This document shows, piece by piece, positions 46,727-60,058 of a DNA stretch of 64,000 nt; the stretch's first letter is position 1, and each line of letters opens with the position of its first letter. Source of the stretch: Octopus vulgaris (Eukaryota); contig OX597830.1 in assembly GCA_951406725.2 (NCBI GenBank), positions 2,728,001 through 2,792,000 on the forward strand, written 5' to 3'. A model generated the notes under the pieces. That model worked only from the letters and a program-made list of their open reading frames with translations, was not told the DNA's origin and ran no database searches. A program made the translations under genes and the position numbers.

Positions 46727-49700
46727 TACTGAATAAATCATCTTTCGTGCCACAAACACCAGAAACCTTAAGACCTGTCAGAAAATCACTCTTCACCTCA
46801 ATACAGACAAGGGATAGACTTAATTGTTACCTGATTTAGCACCATCATCTAATTCTTAGATGCCTTTATCATCATCTAGAAACAGTTGAGATGGACTGGT
46901 CATGCTGTCCAAATGAAAAAAACAACCATCTACCAAAGCAGCTTCCCTACTCCCAACTAAAAGAAGGAAAATGAAGAGGAGGAGGGCAGGAGAGAAGTAC
47001 AAAGATGCCTGAAAGCCAACTCCAAGAAATGCTATATTGACACTGAGAACTGGGGAACAAATACTCAAAATCAAGAATGCTGGAAATCCATCATGAAAGA
47101 GGGGCTAACAACTTTTGACACTCGTAGGACTGCTTAACAAGTAGAAAAGAGGGAGTACAGGAAAAATAGACAACATCAATCTATAAGGGATCTTCTGTTT
47201 GGAATCACACATGTCCCCTTTGTGGAAGGAACTTCCGAGCAAGAAATGGACTCATCAGTCATCTCAGAATCCATCAAAAACGAAAAAAAATCTCAAGAGA
47301 TAGCCAAAATGATAATGAATGCCTTTAACAAAGAATTTGGACAAAATATTCCATCTGTTTGTGATCCTGTCCAACATTCCTAGATACTGCTCCTTCTTTT
47401 TCCACAAAGCCTTAATAATGTTTTTTAACTTGTGCTGGACATAAGAATCATTTAAGAAAGTGGTTTCTAGCCTTCTGTAGTGGCTTGGCATGAAAGGAAA
47501 GGAAAAATATTTTGGATGGGCACCAAATCCTTTTTCCTTAAAATCTAAAAACAAATGTAATTTCCATTTTCTCAGTTTTATGTTGAAATAATTTTTAAAA
47601 TGTGGCAATAAAATCTCTAAGTTTGTTTTATGTTTGCTATATTAAATACATTAGTAGAAGCTTAACTATCATTTTAAAATCAGATGGTGTCTCTAAGTAA
47701 GTAACATCAAGGATTAACTTCCTAAAACGTAAACTTAAATATGTACAGAGTGACATCATTCCAGCACATGAGTAAACAGTGTGTGGTTATGGCTAAATTG
47801 ACTTTCTTCCATGCAGGTGAGGAACTTATGTGAGCTTACCATTGGTGAAAGATAGGTGGCAGGTGGTGCAGACTGACACTGCTCCAAAACTTGGGCATCA
47901 GGATTAAGTTTATTTTTTGAACAGGTAAGTCACCAAACAAGCATAACATGGCCCTTTTTCAGATTCTGTGCGACTCATGAGAGGAAGAAAGTAAATTACC
48001 TTAGGAACAGAGACACCCCTTGAACATGAAACAGAAGGGACTCTTTTAATGGCTCTAAGAATATAATGCAGTGAAGTTAAATTGACCTACAGGATTAAAT
48101 CTTTAACCTCAGAAACAAGGACAGTGCTGCCAACAGATTTCCTAGTATTTGTGCCTATAAAAATTCAGTTTCAGGTTTTGGTCAGCTCAAGAATATGGTA
48201 GAAGAGACTTTGCAAGATGCGGCACTTTGGAATCGAATATGAGACCACGTAATTCCAAAGGAAAATTTCTTAAATTATTTATCTACTTCTGTATCTACAA
48301 AGACTGGAAGCTTGTGTTGTTATCCCAAGTTTAAACGACAGGAATCACAGAAGTCGTCATTTGTCAAAGGTTTGTCTTTTTGGCTTCAACTTTGAATTTT
48401 CTTTCACATACATTTCTTTCATATCTAGAGATACAAAATCCTTTAACTCTGAAATCTGAAAAAAAATATAACAAAAAAAAAAATAACAAGTTTTATCCTG
48501 GAATAATTTTAAAAACTAATGGGACCTGTGAATATTTCATAACTATATAAATACGTGTTATTACTTCACTAACAGGATGTGTGAATATTTCATAGAATTA
48601 ATGGTAAACTTATTGGGTTATTTCTGAAAACTTTATCCAAAAAAACCTGAAAGCATATCCCCGTGTTGTGTCTGTATGGAAAGATAGTTGCTGCTCATCT
48701 GCTAATCATTGAAAAGTGAAAGAAATTGGAATACGATGATTACTTTATATATACACTTTATATACTTTATGCACAATTTTATAGACTTAATACACAACAC
48801 TCATAAAATTAATATTCTTAGTTTTCCATTTTCCCCATGAACAAAAAAAATATATCCTGTACATATGATACAACCTTTAGTTAAATTGCATATGTCTGCC
48901 ATGTAAATAAGCAGGAATATTTCATGGAATTGCACTTATGAATATGCGTTAAGTGATACGGAATATATAAAAAAACTTAGTTCAATTAAAAAAATACACT
49001 TTTCATCATCCAAACACCACTGCTACCATCACCACCATCACCCCCACCACCTTCATCTCCACCACCACCACCACCGCCACCATCATCATCTCTCTCTCTT
49101 TTTTCTATCTCTCCTTTCTCTCTCTCTCTCTCTCTGCCGTTCTTTAACCTCACCATCAGAGCACCACCCCTCTGCTAAAATTATATTTCTATCTCTCCTC
49201 CTCTACCTTCAACTAACTTTTATAGCCACATAATAAACATTACACTCCCCCTACCTCACATCATGGACGCTTCTCTCTCCCTCTTTTTCTTTCTCGCTCT
49301 TCACCTTTTTTTCTCTCCTTTTTCCCTTCACCTAATCACATGGAAGCATTACAATCACATTCCCCCTACCTCATGTCATAGACACCTCCCCCTCCCCCCT
49401 CCCCCCTCTTTTTGTGTTTCTTCTTTCCTTTCTCCCTGTTTTTCTCTAATCACAGGAAAGCATTATTACCGATGGGCGAAGTAATGCAATGACAAGCAGA
49501 ATTATTATAAAACGAGACTATTAATCTCTAGAGTTGTTTTATATTCAATAAATAAAACATAAATATGTTAGCAGTGTTTTAACTATCGTTTTTGAAGCAG
49601 GTGAAGTCTCTTAGTGATTACAACCAGTGATTTGCTGTCTTAAATATAGAATTAAAAATGTATCAAGTTCAGCATGTTTGGCTTAATAGAAACAGAAAAA

Positions 49701-50089
49701 AGTTTACCCACCAAACACAGCAAATAACTATTCCCTGTAAACATTAAAAGGTCGAGTGATTGCTGATAAGGTCGGGTAGCATCACTAAACCCGGTGGTGA
49801 AATTAACTTATTTTAGTTCAACTGAATTCACATGCAGGCAGAAAACTATCAACTGGATCACCCATTAAATATAGATGGAACAAACTATTTCATAAACACT
49901 GGTATGAAATAAATAGAGATAAATCTTTTCTAAATTCAATTCCAAATGAGAAACAACATTATGGATCAAGCTACAAACCCACAGAGCCTTGTTTCAAATG
50001 GAAGCACCTTACCCTACCTTGCCTTAATATTTTCAGGCCCTTTCTTTCATTTCCTTACAACATATTTCCTTTTCAAACCAATCATCCAG

Positions 50090-50120
50090 ATATGTCTGTG
50101 AGTTCTCTCCTCCCACCTAC
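50090..50120 (+). other. Candidate 31-nt micro-exon
   Basis: Long pyrimidine-rich tract ending ATCATCCAG, donor GTGAGT; open as YVCEFSPPTY or MSVSSLLPP. Confidence 0.3.
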
Positions 50121-50389
50121 GTGAGTACCATTTTGAACAAAGCTGCATCAGGATTTCTACCCTGGGTGAATATGGAATGTAACTGGACCAACTAAATGTA
50201 CATAAAAGCTAAACTAGGGGACATCAAGACACTCGAACAGCAGAAACACTGGTCAGATTGAAATACAAGGTCTGAAGAGTGATAAAAAAGGTCTGAAGTT
50301 GTATAATTCTCCATTTATATTAAGGAAGTAGTGTGTGTGTGTGTGTATGTGTGTGAATATACAAACATTCATATATACATATATATATA

Positions 50390-50442
<53 letters not shown>

Positions 50443-51357
50443 ATGATGATGATGATATAACTATATATATATTATCGGTCCCAGTAAGGTATAAAGGTAG
50501 GTTATTTCTAGAGAAGAACACAACCAAAATTATGGGGTATCAAAACTGTCTGGTTCCAGACCAATGCCACATTTCTTCAAATGTAGAAAATTATGGTTTT
50601 ACGATGGTCACAACATAATATGGGTTTAGCAAAGAGTAAATTATAATCTAAATAAGAAGACAAAGAAATCGTTTAGCACATCGTTAATGATTCATTACAT
50701 CATTACAATTATTTCTGCTTGCAACACAGGTTTATGCAAAACTTCAAAATGAAAATTTATATAATGTTTAAAACCACAAACATTATGTACATTTTCGCTT
50801 TTAGATTTTTGCAAACAGAGTTGGTATCAAAACAATTGTAATGAATTATAAAAGATGTGTTAAAGGATTTCTTTGTTGTCTTCTTATTTGGATCATACAT
50901 ACATTTACACACACACGCACACACATACACAACCCATGAAATAACAAACATTGGAGCAGAACGCAATCCTCTGACCCCTCAGATCCTATTAAACTGTCCA
51001 ACTCATTGCCAAAATTGAAGATGGACTTTAGATGATATACATTAAATTATATAAGCATGTGTGTGTGTGCCTCCCATGCAGACACACAGATATATATACA
51101 CAAACACGTGTATAATATACATATGTATATATAGTAAATTGACTTGTATAAACACTTGTAGCCATTACCATGGAGACTAAAAATGTTGCTGAGGACAAAT
51201 ATTTATTTATAAATTTTTATGATTAATGACAAACTTTAGAGTGTTTTGATCCTATAAACTGGTATGATGATGATGATGATGATGATGTTAATAATGGTAA
51301 AGTTTTACATTATTAATTCACATATTTGTATGTATGATTTCTTTCTCTTGCTCTACC

Positions 51358-52210
51358 TCATCATCGTTAATGTCCGTTTTCCATACTGGCATGGGTTGGA
51401 CAATTTGGCAAGCCAGGAGGCTGCACCAGTCTCCAGTCTGTTCTGGCATGGTTTCAAGAGCTGGATGCCCTTCCTAACGCCAAACACACCAAGAGTGTAG
51501 TGGGTGCTCTTTACATGCCACCTGTACTGACATTAGCCATGCTCAAATGTTGCTTTTTACGTTCCACTGGCATGGGTGCCAGACAGGTAGAATTGGCATC
51601 AACAGCATATTGAAGGGTACTTTTAAATGGGCCTGTCAGGCAACACTGGCATCAGTCATGGCAATAATCACACTTGGCTTGCAGAGTCTTCTCAAGCGCA
51701 TCATATCTCCAAAGGTCTTGGTCACTTACCATTGCCTCTGTGAGGCCCAGCATTCACCACCTCATCCCAGATCTTCTTGGGTCTACCTCTTCCACAGGTT
51801 CCCTCCACTGTTAGGGTGTGACACTTCTTCACACAGCTGTCCTCATCCATACACAACACATGACCATACCAGTGCAGTCATCTCTCTTGCACACCACATC
51901 TGATGCTTCTTATGTCCAACTTTTCTCTCAAGATGTTTACATGCACACTGACATTGCATATCCAGTGAAGTATACAGGCTTCATTTCTTTCAAGCCTATG
52001 CATGTCCTCAGCAGTCATGGCCCATGTTTCACTGCTGTGTAGCATGGCTGTTCACATACAAGCATCACACTGTCTACCTTTCACTCTAATTGAGAGGCAC
52101 TTTGTTACCAGCAGAAGTAGGAGCTCTCTGAACTGTTCCCAGGCTATTCTTATTCTAGCAGCTACACTCTTGGAGCATCCACCCCTCCACTACTGTCTTG
52201 GTCACCTAGG
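51358..52210 (-). mobile_element. Older 5'-truncated RTE LINE copy
   Basis: CATCATCGTTAATGTCCG tail, CTGGATGCCCTTCCTAACGCCAA, C-terminal coding remnants collinear with the other copies. Confidence 0.85.
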
Positions 52211-52298
52211 TATCTATAAATGTATAAATGTGTATGTGACATATATTCTTTTTATTGTTTCAGTCATTTGACTGTGGCCATATACAAATATATACATG

Positions 52299-52334
<36 letters not shown>

Positions 52335-52384
52335 AATATATCTATATATATGTATGTATAGGTATATATGCATATGTATGTATA

Positions 52385-52703
52385 TATTCTTTTATTCTTT
52401 AATCTGTTTCAGTCAATTGACTGGGGCCATGCTGGAGCACTGCCTTTACTTGAACAAATCAACCCCCAAACTTATTATTTGTATGCCTAGTACTTATTCT
52501 ATCAGTCTCTTGTGCCGATCTGCTAGATTAGGGGATGTAAACACACCAAAATTGGTTGTCAAGCAATGGTGGGGGTGACAAAAACAGACACACAAACATA
52601 TATATATATATATGTATATATATGACAGGCTACTTTCAATTTCCATCTACCAAATCCACTCACAAGGCTTTGGTTGGCCCGAGGCTATAGTAGAAGACAC
52701 TTG

Positions 52704-52707
<4 letters not shown>
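52385..52707 (-). mobile_element. Headless SINE family A copy
   Basis: Collinear with ~4430-4755; ends in (TA)n. Confidence 0.85.
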
Positions 52708-52745
<38 letters not shown>

Positions 52746-52746
<1 letters not shown>

Positions 52747-52953
52747 TATGTGTGTGTTTGTCCCCCCAACATCGCTTGACAACCAATGCTGGTGTGTATA
52801 CATCCTTGTAACTTAGCGGTTCAGCAAAAGAGATTGATAGAATAAGTACTAGGCTTACAAAGAATAAGTCCTGGGGTTGGTTTGCTTGACTAAAGGCGGT
52901 GCTCCAGCATGGCTGCAGTCAAATGAGTGAAACAAGTAAAAACAGTAAAGAGT
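52746..52953 (+). mobile_element. 3' half of SINE family A, inverted relative to its neighbour
   Basis: TGTTTGTCCCCC..CTTAGCGGTTCAGCAAAAGAGA..GGTGCTCCAGCATGGC..GAAACAAGTAAAA. Confidence 0.85.
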
Positions 52954-54051
52954 ATTTGATTTAAATGTATTGAATATTCTACATTACTTTAGTGACCAGA
53001 TTTGAGTCTAAGAGTTCTTTAAGGAAACATGAGAAAAGTTTGTTTAGGAAGACTGAGTGACAGATACAGAAATGGTAATGAAAAGTGAGAAGGAGATCAG
53101 ATGACAAGGCAAAGGGGGTTTAGTAAGGAAGAAGAACAAAGATGTATAACTGCCAAAATGAAGAAATTAGGGTTAGAAGAAGGGGAACCCAGAAAAGAAT
53201 ATGTCACAGGATGTGAATATAATGCACAATATTTCTGTGGATATTATGTGGGTGCTTTGTGAGATGGGTAGTTTCAACCATTAGGTTCTGAGTTCGATCA
53301 CAGTGTGGTAAACATCTTCTACCATATCCTAAGGTTGGTTCGAGGTTTGTAAGTGAAATACAGTCTGAGGGAAATTGTAAGGAAGCCTGTCAGATGGAGT
53401 CTTTCAATAGTTTGACAAGGTAGCTTTGGCAGAAATACCATCAGGCTGTGCGAGTTTGAAAATGAAATTAAGGATACATGGCCCTGTGGTATACTCAGCC
53501 CTTAACATTGTATGATTCAATGAACAAAAAGAAACATAGTTCCTTTCACTGAGTTATTGGACATTTCTTTCTCAAAATGAATGGCAGACTCCAGCATACT
53601 GACAATCGTGTGTGTGTGTGTGCATGCATTGTGTGTGTTGTGTGTGTATGTTTGTGCATGTATATATATATATATTTATACCTATATATATTTGTGTCTG
53701 CATATTCATGCATCTATGTATACATATAGATGCTTGTTGCTTATACACCTGTCTTCGTCTTTTGTTTCTCTGTAAACTTCAACTATATAAACATATATAT
53801 ATATATATATATATATTCACACTTCGATAGTTAGATACAGAGAGAAAGAGAGAGATAGAGAGAGGCTTTATTATTATGCATTATTATTATGAGATTTTGT
53901 TCTTTCAATTTTGTTTTCATTTCTTGCTAAGAGCATTATTATTATTTTTATAATTATTATTATTATTATTATATTCATACTTATTCCTGCAAAGATATAT
54001 GCACATGTGAATTCATGGGTCAATAGATAAATAGACACATTGATAGGTGTA

Positions 54052-54135
<84 letters not shown>

Positions 54136-55059
54136 TATATTAAAACATATAAACTTGGAAGCTACTCTAGATGCCGCTATACGTAATATGCATTGAAACT
54201 ACAAGAAGCCATTCTCACTTCTCCCCCACCCCACTCCATACAGCTTTACTATGTTTTTCTCTTAGTTTCCACAAAAATATTTACTTTTATTTTATTGGCA
54301 ATAAAAAAAATTGCTCTGTCAAAATATTTTGTCAATAAATAATGGAATCATGTAGGAGATTTCATAAAAGCCACTGCTTCGAGAAGAATCCAGCATTTTA
54401 CAAGAAAACATTTAGTTTTTGCTATGACCTTTCATTGAGAAAGAAATGTCCACATCACTTCCAAGTTATGCTCAAGACGAAACCAAATTTTCCATGATAT
54501 TTTGGAAGATGCTATTTTAAAATTTTTCTGAGAAGAGATCAAATGGGTTATCTGAGGCAATAAATAAACAAATACAAAAACAAACTAACAGAAATAAGAA
54601 AAAAAATCAGAATATATAAATACACAAATATAGATCTTTTTGAGAATTTTTGCCAAAATAGATATGTTGGTGATTCTTGGTGGCATTTATCGTCAAATGC
54701 TTTTAAGAAACTTACTCCAAGTACATAGACCGGAGCTGCTAAATTAAAGATAGCAATGTTGTTCTATTTACTGCTGGGAGAATTGTGGGGGAGCAGCAAC
54801 GAATGCATGTCTACATTTAGTTTTGCATAAATGTTAATTTATAAAAAATCGGTACTTCAAGACATCCGAAGGGCAAAGGTAATGTTATCATTTATCAGCA
54901 CTACATGCTACCAATAATAAAGTGCAGCATCTCACCACTGAGGCACCTTTCATCTTTAGGTTGTTTTTATATTCCATCCATATTTTATTCTGTTCAAATT
55001 TTGCATGTCTATCTCCAATACGACTTTCTCTTCTACATAATATGCCATCAGTTTGCTTT

Positions 55060-55175
55060 TCAACAAAATGGTTCATCCCAGGTTCAGTCTCACTGCATGG
55101 GCAAGTGTCTGCTATTACAGAAGCCCACCGTATATATATATATTTTCCCTGTATGTTTGGAATAATATTCCCTCA

Positions 55176-55216
<41 letters not shown>

Positions 55217-55595
55217 AACAAAACTGTCCGATGAATGGGAACATGAAACTCCGAGTAACAGCTTTTGTTATATTTTTGCTGCTTTTAAATAAAGCATATT
55301 ACTCTACCTCTGGTATTTGAGTACTCTTTTTTCCACCTTGTTTCACATTTATGTGCTTACTCTGGTATATATATATATATATATATATGTATGCATGTAT
55401 ATGTGTGTGTGTGTGTTTGTCCCCCCACCATCGCTTGACAACTGATGTTGGTGTGTTTATATCCCCATAACTTAGTGATTCAGCAAAAGGATAATGATAA
55501 AATAAGTACTCGGCTTACAAAGTCCTCAGGTTGATTTATTCCAATAAATGGCAGTGCTCTAGCATGGCCACTGTCAAATGTCTGAAACAAGTTTT
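55060..55595 (+). mobile_element. SINE family A copy with a Penelope-like insert in its internal microsatellite
   Basis: GGTTCAGTCTCACTGCATGGGCAAGTGTCT head; 3' half resumes near 55400; foreign segment ~55143-55366. Confidence 0.75.
55220..55266 (+). ncRNA. Minimal hammerhead motif (U4C variant)
   Basis: AAAACTGT-CCGATGA-ATG GGAA CAT-GAAAC-TCCGA-GTA-ACAGCTTTT; AATAAA about 20 nt downstream. Confidence 0.65.
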
Positions 55596-55869
55596 AAAAA
55601 AATGAAAAACGAATATTCTCACCCCTACCGATATCCTTTCAGGGCAGCATGCCCTAACACATCTCTCTCTCCCTATTGCTCTCCTTATCTTGCACATGTT
55701 CCTTTCTTTTCCAACTGGAACAGATACAGGGTATCAACTCCAAAGCAACAAACCTATCTCTGTCACTTTATACCTTTAATCTCTCCACTGGCCATATGAC
55801 CACCGCCTCTCAATAGCACTGCCCCATCCCAAGTTGAGAGGGGTTTTGTTTTGCAAGGTAGTTGGTGGC

Positions 55870-56070
55870 CCCTGTCAGTGCTGGTGCCACATGAAAGCAT
55901 CCACTACATGCTGTAAAGTGGTTGGCATTAGGAAGGGCATTCAGCTGTAGAAACCAACCTAATACAGAGAGTAGAACCTGGTGCAGCCCTCGGCCTTGTG
56001 AGCTTCTGTCAAACCACTCACCCCATACCAGCATGGAAAACAGATGTTTAATGATGCTGATGATGATGAT
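55870..56070 (+). mobile_element. RTE 3' tail fragment
   Basis: GTGGTTGGCATTAGGAAGGGCATTCAGCTGTAGAAAC..AGCATGGAAAACAGATGTT(GAT)n. Confidence 0.85.
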
Positions 56071-56879
56071 TAGGAGGAGGAGGAGGAGCATTGAAAGGCA
56101 TGATGTGTTTTTCGTTTGACAGTAAAATGTCTTCACAGACAGGTTGTATTAAATCACAAAATGCATCAGAGTGAGGCAATACATTAGATATGATGCGCAG
56201 GTGGCTGCTTTCATTTAAAGCAATCTCAATTCTGTTCTTTGAGTTTTATGTATTAATTAATTTCATATACTAATTTTATCCACAGATGAAATTTAATTGC
56301 AAACCAAATGTCATCTCTGCTTTCAGCTTCCATATTTATAATCCTCATTAAGTATCAGTAAGGGACAGAATGAATTCTTTCCTATTTTAATTCTGTTTAT
56401 TGTTGGTGTGGTGATAGATTCGGCTGAGTGTTTAAATGGTTTGATTTACAAACATGAGATCCTGGGCTCAACAATATTGCAGAGCATCATTCATTGATAA
56501 AAGACAGGTGAGTGGAATTTTGTGCATGGATGCTGTATCAGATTGACATATTTCTCACATGTTGTGACTCACAGATTCAAACGTAGAAATAATAAGTTAG
56601 AAGTACACATATTGGTGGAATACTGAAGCCCTTATATGTTAATTCATGGCATTGGTAGTTCAGGTTAACAACAATTGGTTGGTCGTTGTCAAAACAAGCA
56701 AGGCATGCATTGTTGCTACTTGTTAGCTGAGGGTGAAAGTTCTTTGGTCAACATTATGAAATGGAAAATTTTAAAGTTAATAAGTTTATGCCTTGAGGAA
56801 AAACATTGTATCTGATGTTAATGCTGTCTCTTTGTCTGAAAATGAAATATATATTCTCTCTCTCTCTCTCTCTCTTAAA

Positions 56880-57250
56880 TGAAGAAACTGCTTCCTCTTC
56901 CCCTCATAATGTGTGCTACAAAGAAAAACATTCACAGAAAATACTTCCATATTGCATTAGAATACTCCATAGAAACAGAAGACTGTTTCTAGAAGCAAAA
57001 CTAGTGTCACAAAACAGAGCTATAATAAAAAGCAAACAGCATACACACATCACAAAGGCAAATCTGGTGATGTAGAACACTAATGCCCAAACAGTCAAGA
57101 GCTGTGTATATAAAAGGCAGTTAAAATGGAAAGGGCAGCTCAGAAGCCAAAACAATGTCACATCCTGAAGATGAGGCTGAGAGAGCCTGGAAACGTTGAT
57201 GATAGTAATCAATTTAATAACTTTATTGTCTCAAATGTAATATACACAGC
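56880..57250 (+). mobile_element. Probable Penelope-like 3' end relic
   Basis: ORF remnant RILHRNRRLFLEAKLV resembles the GIY-YIG C-terminal R..LEA motif and is followed by a hammerhead motif. Confidence 0.45.
57161..57201 (+). ncRNA. Minimal hammerhead motif (CUGAAGA type)
   Basis: CATC-CTGAAGA-TG AGGCT GAGAG AGCCT G-GAAAC-GTT-GATG; palindromic AACGTT in place of stem III. Confidence 0.65.
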
Positions 57251-57343
57251 AACAAGAAAGCATTCCTAATAAAGATCAAATTAGAACATAGTCATGTTTG
57301 CAATACAATATTTTAAAAATAAAAGCTGTTTGCTATGTGTGTA

Positions 57344-57375
<32 letters not shown>

Positions 57376-57528
57376 TGCGTGTGTATACATATATATATGT
57401 GTGTGTATGTATGTATATAGATATACATATATTATGTGTATGTATTTGAGTGTATGTATATATATAGTTACGTATATTATACATGTGTGTGTATGAGAGT
57501 GTGCATGTGTGTGTATGAATGTATATAT

Positions 57529-57574
<46 letters not shown>

Positions 57575-58213
57575 GATTCGGGTGATTGAATGGAAAGCTG
57601 TAGAAAATGAAGGTGAAAAATAGTTGAGTTTGAAATATATATTTTTATTCTCAATAAAATATCGAGATGTCTATAAGAATTTTTCAATAAAGAATATCAA
57701 CAACGCCATTTCAATATTTATTTCAAAATTCACACACACAAAAATACATCATACACACAGATACACACACACACTTGCATGTGTGTGTTCGTACATGCAT
57801 GTGTATGTGTATGCATATATGTATATATATATATATATGTACGTACACATGTATATATGATTGTATGCAAATGGAGGTTGATTGTATAATATTGATATCA
57901 CATGATATGTAAATACAATATAACAACAAAAATGATCAGCTGCATGTTTTTGATTTATCTTGAGTTCATTTGGCAAAACAAAAGTGAGAAAATGTCACCA
58001 GTTCCATTTATCACAAAAAAGATGTCTTCTGCTTCATGTTTAGTTTTAATCCATACTTCAAAATATCTTCATGGTGTTAAATATTATAAACTCTTAGAGA
58101 TTACAAGATGTGCTTCTTTGATTATTTAATTGGAAAACAAACATAGCAGAAAAGACTACACTATGATGCGAAAAGAAGTTATTAAAACGAAATCAGTTTG
58201 AAATAATAACAAC

Positions 58214-58251
<38 letters not shown>

Positions 58252-58252
<1 letters not shown>

Positions 58253-58889
58253 TAGCAGACATACCCGGCGTTGCTTGGGATTTAGATGTCCTAGTTTGTA
58301 TATATGGTACAGTTAAGTCAAAACATGTGATACAGAGAAGTGCAGCATTGATGACAAAACATTTGTGGTGTAAATGAGGGGCTAATTCGTCTTAGTGATT
58401 TGTCAGGCATTTGTTTGAAAGATTCCAGGCCCATGTTTATTAAAGAAAATATGCTCAGGATTTAAACATATTTTAGCTTATTTTTGATAATGAACATGGT
58501 GCGTTCCAAACGGTTTTTATTCAAACAAATTGCTACCTATGGTACTGTAGGAACAGGCTATCAATGTAGTCTGGAGTCTAGATCGGTTCATCCATTTAAT
58601 ACAACCTACTTATATCATTTCAGTAGCTGTTTTTCCCACTTTGAACAGAAGCAATGCCTGGACCATATGGGCAGTCATATGCACCCCAGGAAAGTGGGTT
58701 TTCTGCCCCCAGTGGCCCCATTACTCATTATGCGAAAATGTTTAAGAGTCTAAAATCATCTCTGGAACAAAAGTAATGTATGTTCCCAGTATGGAGAAAA
58801 TTAGTTTTAAACTTCAGAAGTTCTGTGCCTTTACACACACACACACACACACACATGCACATCGTCAGTTTTATATAGAGAGAGATAGA
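58252..58889 (-). mobile_element. Non-autonomous Helitron
   Basis: Minus strand A|TCTATCTCTCTATATAAAA start, (TG)n, end CCCAAGCAACGCCGGGTATGTCTGCTAG|T. Confidence 0.8.
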
Positions 58890-59087
58890 TAATACATTCA
58901 GAAACTGCTCTTTTGAGAACAGCAAAGACTGTAATAAAGGTCCTCAATATCTAAAGAAAGTGGCTGTGATCTGAGTATCAAGGCCATTGATTCTGAATCT
59001 AAAACATTTATGCACATGAATAATAATAAGAACAACAATAATGGTAATAATAATAATAATAATGTTGATGATGATGATGAAGAAGAT

Positions 59088-59290
59088 GGTTTCAAATTTT
59101 GGCACAAGGCTAGCAATTTCGAGTTGGGAATAACTTGATTACAGCAACCTCAGTGGTATTTACTTTTATCTGAAATAAGGAAAGGTAAAGTCGACCTCAG
59201 CAGAATTTGAACACAGAATGTAAAGATGGACAAAATGCCACTCAGCATTTTGCCCACAATGCCAACGATTCTGTCATCTTGTCACCTTAA
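59088..59290 (-). mobile_element. SINE family B copy
   Basis: GAAAGGTAAAGTCGACCTCAGCAGAATTTGAAC..GCATTTTGCCC. Confidence 0.75.
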
Positions 59291-59299
59291 TGATATTAA

Positions 59300-59800
59300 T
59301 CATTATCATCATCTTCATAATTATCATTTAACATCTGCTCTCCACAGTGGCACGAGTTGGACAGTTTGAGAGGAGCCGGCAGCCAGGGACGTGTCCAGAC
59401 TCCAATTGTCTGTTATGGCATGGTTTCTACAGCTGGATGCCCTTTCTAATGCAAACCACTTTACAGAGTGTGCTGGGTGCTTTTTATGCCCCTTTGGCAA
59501 GGGTATGTTTATGCACCACCAGCACAAGTGCATTTTATGTGGCACCGATACCTGTAAAGGACACGCCTGTGTGTACAGATGATGATGGTTTTACTTGTCT
59601 TGACACTGCTCAAGAATAGCAAATCACTGCAACTCCCAGTCCATTGTCCTTTCCTGAGTGAGGCCCAGCTTCCAAAGATCTTTTCTCATCACTTCCTCCC
59701 ATGTCTTCCTGGGGCTACCACTTCCACAGACTCTCTCCACAATTAAAGCTTGGCAATTCTTTATGTAGCTGTCTTCATCCATGCACATAACCAAACCAGC
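59300..59800 (-). mobile_element. Old RTE 3' fragment
   Basis: CATTTAACATCTGC..CTACAGCTGGATGCCCTTTCTAATGC..TCCCATGTCTTCCTGGGGCTACC. Confidence 0.75.
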
Positions 59801-59839
59801 ACATTAATAATAACAACAACAACAACAACAACAGCAATC

Positions 59840-60058
59840 TTTCTAATTTTGGTGGCACAAGGCCAGCAATTTTCAAGACAGAGGCAAAGTTGATTACATC
59901 AACCCCAGTACTTGGCCAGTACTCTATTTTATTGACCCTGAAAGGATGAAGGGCAAAGTTGACCTCGGCAGGATTTGAGCCCAGAATGTAAAGGGCCAGA
60001 AAGAATGCCACAATGCCTTTTGTCTAAGGTGCAAATAATTCTGCTAGTTCAGCACTTT
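59840..60058 (-). mobile_element. SINE family B copy
   Basis: TTGATTACATCAACCCCAG..GACCCTGAAAGGATGAAGGGCAAAGTTGACCTCGGC. Confidence 0.78.
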
